From Octopus sinensis (Eukaryota), in contig NC_043008.1 of the NCBI RefSeq assembly GCF_006345805.1, forward strand, positions 7,750,001-7,814,000: a stretch of DNA of 64,000 nt. The letters run 5' to 3'. Under the pieces are notes generated by a model. The model was not told the origin of the DNA. It searched no databases and saw only the letters and a program-made list of their open reading frames with translations. A program made the position numbers and the translations under genes. Each line of letters opens with the position of its first letter. Positions within the stretch are counted from its first letter, which is position 1. Positions 54,430 to 64,000 of the stretch are shown here, in pieces.

Positions 54430-54765
54430 CTGCATGTAGAGACATTTTAAAACAGAATTCAAAAGTCCACAAAAGTGTCGGTTGTAGAAGTTAGAGCATG
54501 TATACCGACTCGAATCCCTTGGAGTTGCGTTTCTCTCCTGTTTTTATGGCAGGAAACATTTAAACGGCATCTTCCACGTTTAGGCCTGGTCGGGAAACAT
54601 AAAGGAATGAATGAAGAAGTGTTGTCATAAAGCAGGGGTAACTCATAGATTCATTTGTCAATATTTGGTCAATAATCGGCAATAGTGTCTATATTTAAAT
54701 ATTTGTGCATCTCTAGATATATATGTGTAAGTGTATCTCTATCTATCTTTCTATCTATCTTTCTT

Positions 54766-54883
<118 letters not shown>

Positions 54884-55140
54884 CAACATAGAGTATATGT
54901 ATACTGCATAAAATATATTCACCCAGATTATTCCATCGTGTGTAACTGGCAACAAAATTTAATCGTCTTCCACATTTTGTCCCAGTGGAGGGTAAAGAAA
55001 AATGTATATCTTATACACTCATTTGTTTACTTGCATTTAATATTAAAAATTCCTCTCTCCTAATTGCCCGCCATGTATGCATAACTGCATTAATTTGGTA
55101 AACTTAGCTTTCACTTAAATTATCAATGTTACATATATAT

Positions 55141-55543
55141 ACTCTTTTACTCTTTTACTTGTTTCAGTCATTTGACTGCAGCCATGCTGGAGCACAGCCT
55201 TTAGTCGAGCAAATCGACCCCGGGACTTATTTTTGTAAGCCCAGTACTTATTCTATCGGTCTCTTTTGCCGAACCGCTAGGTGACAGGGACGTAAACACA
55301 CCAGCATCGGTTGTCAAGCAATGCTAGTGAGGCAAACAGACACAAACACATACACACATATACACATATATATATACATATATACATATATACGACAGGC
55401 CTCTTTCCGTCTACCAAATCCACTCACAATGCTTTGGCCGGCCCGAGGCTATAGTAGAAGACACTTGCCCAAGGTGCCACGCAGTGGGATTGAACCCGGA
55501 ACCATGTGGTTGGTAAGCAAGCTATTTACAACACAGCCACTCC
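55141..55543 (-). mobile_element. Family-B SINE, full length
   Basis: Reverse complement of the 38359-type sequence with (TACTCTTT)n tail. Confidence 0.93.
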
Positions 55544-56507
55544 GGCTGTATATATATAATTTAAAGAATTCGGTGTATTTTCAACAACAAATTTGCCTAT
55601 ATTTTCGTGCGTGGAAACACATGCCGTCTTTTGTTATATGTATTTGGTTTACAGTTTCCCTTATCCTTTTCCCATAGGAGCTTTCGCTTGGAGAGGCATG
55701 TTTTGGAATCAGGTGTATTTATAATTTTTTTCGCGAGCGGATCTGATTTTTGATTCGTTAAAATACTGGTGACGTCATGTTATTTCGGTGGTCAAGTTTG
55801 TCGTTCTGCCTGGCTGGTTTCCCTGTGGGGAAATGTAATTAGTCGTTCCGGTTGGTTGATTCTCTTAAAAGGGTCATTTCGTTGTATTTGCTGAAGTCGC
55901 GTTTGATTGGTTTCGAGTTAGGTGATGTCAGCAACTGCTGTTAGTAAAATTCCATTGGCCTAAATTTAGGTGTTTGTATGGTGTTTGTATATTGATTTGG
56001 AGTTGCAGTTTCGAACCCGGGTGGAAGACTATTACTAAAGTTTTAAAAAAATGTCTAATGTACCTGGTTGTTTTTGTGGAGAAATTGAGTCTTTCCCCCT
56101 TTATCTTATTACTGTTTTTTCTTCTTTCTAAAATATATTCAGCAGTGGTTTATATTTTTGAATGAGTTTCTTTTCCTTATTTAAACAGAATTGGGTTGAA
56201 GTGTTTCTTGTGCATTGATAGAAAGAGAAGATTTGGAATGCATTATCGGAACACTCACGTGTCCACAAACAGTATATCCGGAAGACCAGTGTTCGCCAAC
56301 TTCTATTGAGCGAACATATAGAGACATGTGGTCAAAAAATGTTTCTAATTTTTTCCTTTCCACAAACTACATGTGAGGTTGGAAGAAAGATAAAATAAAA
56401 ACTGCTTATTAAAATGTACAAACATATTCCCGAACGGAAAGGCAACAATAATATAACAACTACTTAATGATGAGGATTAAGAAGTATCTCTAGCTTACAA
56501 ATATATG

Positions 56508-56921
56508 TCTTTATTGTCCACAGGGGGCTAAGCATAGAGAGGCCAAACAAGGACAGACAAATGGATTGAGTCAATTACATCGACCCATGTGGATAATTGG
56601 TACATATTCAATCGACCCCGAAAGGTTGAAAGGCAAAATCGACCTCGGCGGAATTTGAACTCAGAACGTAACGGCAGACGAAATACGTAATTCTTTACTA
56701 CCCACAAGGGGCTAAACACAGAGGGGACAAACAAGGACAGACAAAGGGATTAAGTCGATTATATCGACACCAGTGCGTAATTGGTACTTATTTAATCGAC
56801 CCCGAAAGGATGAAAGGCAAAGTCGACCTCGGCGTAATTTGAACTCAGAACGTAGCGGCAGACGAAATACCGCTAAGCATTTCGCCCGCCGTGCTAACAT
56901 TTCTGCCAGGTCGCCGCCTTT
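56508..56921 (-). mobile_element. Tandem family-A SINEs: full copy 56692-56921 and 5'-truncated copy 56508-56688
   Basis: Two consecutive GGGGCTAA...TCGACCCCGAAAGG...GGAATTTGAACTCAGAACGTA-type units. Confidence 0.92.
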
Positions 56922-57912
56922 TGTATTTATATTTGTAAGCTCTAACTTACAGAATATTGGTACGCCTGGCAAACCGTGATGCTTGAGATGCATGCAGATT
57001 GGTTAAAACCGTATTCAAAAAATTCGGCGTGTTGGAGCATTGTAATATGTTCTAAGATTGCCGAGAACTGAACTGTCACTTAAAGACCTTTGAAATCTGA
57101 TGATTACTCTAAGTATGAAAGCGCTAATTTAACTTAAAGAGCATTATGAAATATGTTTTTTTTTATTGTTAAAATACTATAATAAAAAACGTGAAAACAG
57201 ACCATGTTTCAACTTTATTCGATTGATATACTATTTGATACACATCCACACAAATTGAAAACAAATATATATATATATATATGTATATATATAAGTGTGT
57301 CTGTGTGTGTGTTTTGTCTATGTGAATGTGTGTGTGTACGTATGTGCGTGTGTGTGTATTACAATGATTTTCATCTGTCCACTGGCCGCTTCTGCATTAC
57401 TTCTGCAACAATAAATATAAAATTCAATTTTGGCGACGGGTTCTGCTGAGATCAAACGATATCTGAAGATGTACGGTTTGTAATGTTGGTTCAAATATTG
57501 AAACTCCACAAAGAAAATATATAAATCTACATACACGGATTGCTTTTCAGAGAAAATCAGATATATGAATATATTGAGGTATAAGATATAAACGTTTAAG
57601 TACTTAGAGTATGATGCAGTTCTACATGTAATTTCATAGATTAAAGCGCATACTCTCCGAAGTTGTTAGTCATGTGTGGGCTGAAGTAATTTTATTAGAA
57701 TGCCAACGTCAATTCATAAGTTTGGAGATCACTTGTAATATGTTCGTTGATAGCTGACACCAATACAATTCTAAAATTTGAATCAATGCCGTTTATTCAC
57801 CACTGATAGCACTGATATGGCACAGGTAAATAAGGTTATACATTTATGAGGTACTCAATAGAAAGCCAACCATTCATAAAGGCTATTTTTATTAATTCTT
57901 ATTATGTTGTCT

Positions 57913-58115
57913 CCGGGGCGGCGAACTAGTGGAAAGTACCGTGCAAAATTGTTACGGACATTTCTTGTGGATTCATTTTCTGCGTCCAAATTACGCAGAC
58001 GTCACAATATGCATTTATCTTTTCGTGGTGGATATATTAAAAATCAGCTGAGCCCTGGGATCGATGTAATCCATCCACCCATGAAATAGCTGGCCTTGTA
58101 CCAAAATTTGAAACT
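57913..58115 (+). mobile_element. Highly diverged family-A SINE
   Basis: GGGGCGGCGAACT head and GGGATCGATGTAATC...GGCCTTGTACCAAAATTTGAAAC tail. Confidence 0.45.
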
Positions 58116-59700
58116 TTTATCATGCAGCAACAGGTGTATCCTCATTTACAACACCTTTGATGATTTTTTGTTCCATAAAACAATGACATTAGTGGTTAAA
58201 ACAGAAATATACAACCGAAAGTACTAAAGAGTAATCAGCTGTTTATCTATCTATGACGTTCCAGGGCTAGTTTATCTTTTAGTTTAAATGATTGCAGGTG
58301 GCTTTAACGAACATAATTGCTATGTGTTGTAGATAAAGATACTGCACAGAAGATGGCCTTTGACCTATTTCGTGGCGAGTGTTAAAGACTGACAGCAATT
58401 AACTTCATCATCTGCGCAATTATTTCATCGGTTTCTGCTTACAATCAATTTAATTTCATTATTCATCGATACAGATAGTATAGTTGAAGTGATACTGACT
58501 CGACAGAGAAAATTCTGTATCAACCATCCTAAATGCTGATGATAACAGCTGATTAACTCATGCGAATTGTAATCTATAGGCAACCATCAGAATCTCTAAG
58601 CAACCATTGTATATAAAGATAATTCTTTACACGATTCACTAAACCAAATTTTGGGGAAACAAAACCCTGTCTTTATTGAAAACCAAAACAAAATTATGTA
58701 TATTATTCTATATTTATTACAATCATTCTACCTCTGCAATTATGAAAGATGTTTTCTCTCAAATATTTTCAATTTGGAGCGTAGAATATCGGCTTCGTTT
58801 AACATAGATCGCAAAGATGATGAGGCGTAGCGGAAGAAAAGCCAGCTTTAAAGAAAGGGGAGACAAATGCATTTTCGACCACATTCACATGCATGCTTAT
58901 ACATGCAACTTGTTTCCTTTCAGTTATTCTGTATCAAATTCTCTGACATGCCTCTGGTCGGCCCGATTATATAGTAGGCATGCCGCTTGCCTGGTGTGCA
59001 ACACAGGGAGATGAAAATCGAAATCACGAGTTTGCGATGATAATTCCTAGATATTCTCTCAATTGTTTAACAGTAAAATTGTAATCTGCGTAACAAAATT
59101 CGTGAAAGATTCATCAGCATATAACAGAGCCAGTATAAACAATTTCCTTTCAAGTAGACGAACAATCCATACACGTGCAATATACGTGTCTATGCCATAT
59201 AAACGAATGTTTAATGAAGCAATCTGTTATGAAACATTTCACCTAACCATAACAACCCCTTGAATAAACATGTTGAAAAACATAGCACAATTTTCAAATA
59301 GATATCGCTAAACAGTACACAAACAAAATCATTTGAACGGGAACAACACAAAACTTAGCACTGAACACACACCATTAAAGCAATAAAATTCATTATTTCT
59401 ACACAGTGCGTAGCAGAAAACATCTAAATATTGTAATTATCTTACGTTGATCAAAGGTAATTAAATTTACGAAATTCAAGATGGCTTTTATATATAGCAA
59501 ACAATAAACATAAGCACATGTACGGTTCTTCGCTTGACTCCCCTGAAGAAAATATTAATGAACCTAATAAGTATATATATTGTATCAACTTGTGCCTTAT
59601 AAACCTTATAAATGCATTGGAAGATATTAGAAGTGTAGTTGTCGTACACCATGCTATCTACCTCACTTTCTCTCTTCTTACCTATACGTGGCAGATAGAA

Positions 59701-60015
59701 CAGGCGTCGTCGCTTGGTAGGCAGCTTGCTCCCCAACAACATGGTTCGAGATTCTGTTGTACTACGTGGTACTTCGGAAAAGCGTCCTTTACAACATTCT
59801 AAGGCCGACCAAAGCCTTGTGAGAGGATTTGAGATACGGCAAATAAACAACGCCAGTCGTAATTGTGTCTTCTTTGTGAGTGTGTATGTGGATGTGTGTG
59901 TGTATCTTTGTGTCTGTTTTCATTTCTCACCACTGCTTGACAACCGGGGTGTTGGTGTGTTTACATCCATATAACATAGCGGTTCGGCAAAAGAGATCGA
60001 TAGAATAAGTACCAA
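59701..60015 (+). mobile_element. Family-B SINE, diverged
   Basis: ACATGGTTCGAG, GGCCGACCAAAGCCTTGTGAG, GCTTGACAACCG, GCGGTTCGGCAAAAGAGATCGATAGAATAAGTAC. Confidence 0.8.
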
Positions 60016-60408
60016 ACTGTAAAGAAGTACAGTAATTTCCTGTTGATTCGAAAGGAAAAATGTGTCGCTCAAGAAGGACTTCAGCAATTGTAACGTTTCA
60101 TATTTTTATTCTTTTATTGTATTCATTCAGTCGTTAAACATAAATATATCTTGGAATTACACGGTTTTGATTTACTGTCAGGTGACTTTTGGCCACATCT
60201 ACATACATTAGTAAGAATGAGTGTATTGAAATATATATTGCAGAAGATTAACTAAACGTTGAGACTAGATATTTTACACATATTTTCCACATAATTATCG
60301 TTCGAGAAACTTTCAAGTTAATGGAATAAATAATTCGTAAATAATAAGGAAATAAACAAATAATCTCCGAAACTGCAATGGTCAAATACAATGGCCATAT
60401 GTGTGACA

Positions 60409-60446
<38 letters not shown>

Positions 60447-60699
60447 TATATATATATTATATATATATATATATACATATAATTGGAATAGTTGAATGAA
60501 TTATCTTATTAAGGATAATTCGAAAGATTACCGATACCGGGGGGTAGCAAATTCACATCAGAAAGAACACGGTTGAAGTTACGTCCCTAGAGCATAGACT
60601 ACGTGCTTTCGTGCGGAAATTTGTATGTTTATTTTAAAAATATAAGTTTATGAAAGAATGGAGTTGAACGACTGTTAACAAATTTCCTTTATTTTCGAC

Positions 60700-60772
<73 letters not shown>

Positions 60773-60773
60773 T

Positions 60774-60828
<55 letters not shown>

Positions 60829-61290
60829 TATACACTATGCTATGTACACACACACACACTAGCGACTTAACCATTAATCATAAAATTTCAAATAGCTGAA
60901 CTCAGCGGAACCTGAGCCTGGTTACGTAGTGACATGTTCCTATACTACAAAAAAGACAAAAAAATACATACTTTTGGCTGCAGAACTTAAAAACGTATAT
61001 GCCACAATCTTTTTCTATACAAAAGTCTCATACGAGCAAGCAGCTCCTTTTTTTTTCGTGTACAGTTCCTGCTAAAGTTAAACTTACTTTGATCACACAC
61101 AGACACACAGACACACACATGCACACACACATACACGCAAACACACTCACGCGCACACACACACCCAAACACACACGTACACACATACAAACACCCAAAC
61201 ACACACACACGTAAACACATACACACACATTTATAAAAAATTTTAGGCGCATTCTCAACTTTTCGCAGGCTTTTCCTCTCTCTCTCTCCT

Positions 61291-61332
<42 letters not shown>

Positions 61333-61396
61333 ATATATATACATATATATATGCATAAATACACATATATATATATATTACATATACACACACATA

Positions 61397-61449
<53 letters not shown>

Positions 61450-62063
61450 TATGTATATATATATGTATGTATATGTATGTAAAATTACACGTGGAGTCCA
61501 GAAACTGATGGATATATAGAATGCATAGGTATTGCATCTCTGAATATGCATGCATATGTGTGGCTGTGTGCAGACGCATATCAATGATTTTCCTGCGAGA
61601 AATGTATTCGTGAGTAACTTGGTAAATAGGCATACTGCAAAATTTTACACATCAAACTGTGTAGGTGTATGATCGTCACATAATATACATAATTAAAATT
61701 TGCAACGAAACGGAATAATCCCTGGGGTACCGTATATTTTTTTCACTATTCAACCATTGAACCAACATTTTCGTCGAGTGTTAATTGAAGCCTGCTTTAC
61801 ACGCTAATCAATAGGAAATATTATTCTCCCTGCTGGCAACGCCGAACTCTGGAAAAAAATCATGCTTTAGATATATATATATATATTATTAGATATATAT
61901 ATATATAATATATATATTATATATATATAATATATTATATGTATACACACACACACACACAGATATATATATAGAGAGATAGATATACATATATTTAAAC
62001 ATATATGTATACATATATATATATATATACACATATATACAAATACATATATACATATATCTA

Positions 62064-62114
<51 letters not shown>

Positions 62115-62374
62115 TATAATATATATAATATATATATATATATTTATTTATACACACATACAATGCACGCATATGCATAATGTGCATTCATGCTTGAAAG
62201 AAGATAAGTATGTATGCATTGATGTCTACATATCTATATGGAACTATACACACATTCAATCACGTGCATGCGCACACGCTCAGACACACACATATGCATA
62301 TATACAAATAGATATGCATATATACGGACATACGGTATATGGTTCAAATTTGAGTACAAGGCCAGCAATATGAA

Positions 62375-62790
62375 AAGAAGTGGGGGGGTGTCGATTACAT
62401 TGACCCCCCAGTGCTCAACTGGTACTTATTTTGTCGACCCCGAAATAATTCTGTCTACTATAGGCACAAGACCTAAAAATTTGTTGTTGGGTGCGGTATT
62501 GTCGATTAGATCGATCAAGTACGCAACTTGTTCTTAATTCGTCGAAGCCGAAAAGATGAAAGGCAAAGTGGGCCTCGGCGGAATTTAAACTCAGAACGTA
62601 GCGGCAGAGGAAATACCAACATCATTTCGCTCTGTGTGCTAGCGACTCTGCCACCTCGCCGCATTATCGACCCTGAAATAATGAAAGGAAGGAGTCGATC
62701 TCGGCAGAGTTTGAACTGAGAACGGAATAACCGACCAAATGCTCGGCCTACTAACCATTCCTCGGGCTGGCCGCCTTAATGCGCATAAGA
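62375..62790 (-). mobile_element. Cluster of about three family-A SINE fragments
   Basis: Repeated TCGACCC..GAAA, GATGAAAGGCAAAGT, GAACTCAGAACGTA segments. Confidence 0.75.
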
Positions 62791-62818
62791 ATTAAATTAC
62801 TAAAATGAGTTATATATA

Positions 62819-63225
62819 GGCGCAGGAGTGGCTGTGTGGTAAGTATCTTGCTAACCAGCCACATGGTTCCGGGTTCAGTCCCACTGCGTGGCACCTTGGG
62901 CAGGTACCTTCTGTTTTGGCCCCGGGCCGACCAATGCCGTGTGAGTGGATTTGGTAGACAGAAACTGAAAGAAGCCCGTCGTATATATGTATATGTATAT
63001 ATATGTGTGTGTGTTTGTGTTTCTGTGTTCGCCCCCCTAGCATTGCTTGACAACCGATGCTGGTGTGTTTACGTCTCCGTCACTTAGCGGTTCGGCAAAA
63101 GAGACAGATAGAATAAGTACTGGGCTTACAAAGAATAAGTCTCGTGGTCGATTTTCTCGACTAAAGGCGGTGCTCCAGCATGGCCGCTGTCAAATGTCTG
63201 AAACAAGTAAAAGAGTAAAAGAGTA
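62819..63225 (+). mobile_element. Family-B SINE, full length
   Basis: Near-identical to the 38359 copy. Confidence 0.93.
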
Positions 63226-64000
63226 TATTACATCAAGTTAGCAAGCAATGGCTTCACGGCTAAATTATCCACAGCTTTATATATGTCAATGAACGTTTAG
63301 ACATGTTTTTGTTTTATTACTCTCGGTATATAATCCTTTTTATATCTCTGTAAAATGCATTGAGGAAATACACAAAAGGTGTTCATTGACAGTACAGCTT
63401 TCACATTTTCGGACTTTCCATGCGTGTTAGAAATCGTTATATTAATTTTCATTGGTAGACATTTATTGGACATTTATTAGAGAATGCAAAGAAATAACTG
63501 GACATAGTATTTTAAACATTACCCTTTGCATGTCACATCAAGACATTTTATTTTATCCAACACGATGATATCATTAATTTGTAAATCGAACGAATATATT
63601 TAATCTATACAATACACAGGATACGTTTTATTTATTGCAGCTTTTATTACGATAAACGAATAGAAATCATATTTAGTATTAACATTAGTATGTCCGTTTG
63701 CGTATTTTGTTACGAATACATTTACGCGAAGGCTACACTGTAGGGCGGACACAGAACAATTACAGAATGATATGCAGTGTTTAGAATTTGTCGTCAACAA
63801 ATACAGTGATTTCTTTTTCCAACATGGTTCGTTCTTCAGTGAATTTATTAATAAAAATTGTACTGTCTATATATGATAATTATACTAATAAATACGTATA
63901 TAAATACTGATAATGAAATATGGCTAGGCACTTTATAATGTTAATGAACATTTATTCATTATTTTGTACAACGACAAGAATAAACTTTCACCAACAAGTT

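Noticed and set aside
57204-57270. IDILFDTHPHKLK resembles a PHAF1/C16orf70 segment
   Set aside because: Short match, no splice sites, runs into a microsatellite; probably chance.

Overview
Eukaryotic, AT-rich, microsatellite-dense DNA that is almost entirely transposons and simple repeats. The SINE families resemble octopus OK/OR-type tRNA-SINEs, so the source is probably Octopus (inference). Main contents: (1) 323-8169, a young L1-clade Tx1-like non-LTR retrotransposon on the minus strand (CCHC ORF1; APE-RT-CCHC ORF2). One near-full-length copy and a second rearranged unit have every outer junction in same-orientation (GATA)n arrays, suggesting a (GATA)n-specific element. (2) Two unrelated repeat families carry minimal type I hammerhead ribozyme motifs of the Penelope-associated kind, both arranged as fold-back dimers (14716-14990; 47525-48115, the latter with a tRNA-derived head); a third decayed copy lies at about 34900-35040. 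(3) A decayed Chapaev3-like transposase plus a second remnant, a non-autonomous Helitron, a mariner-type MITE, other inverted-repeat elements, a CR1/L2 LINE remnant and more than 20 SINE copies. (4) Four unidentified, low-confidence candidate exons of a minus-strand host gene. Most short ORFs in the supplied track are microsatellite artefacts. Coordinates were counted by eye and no searches were run.
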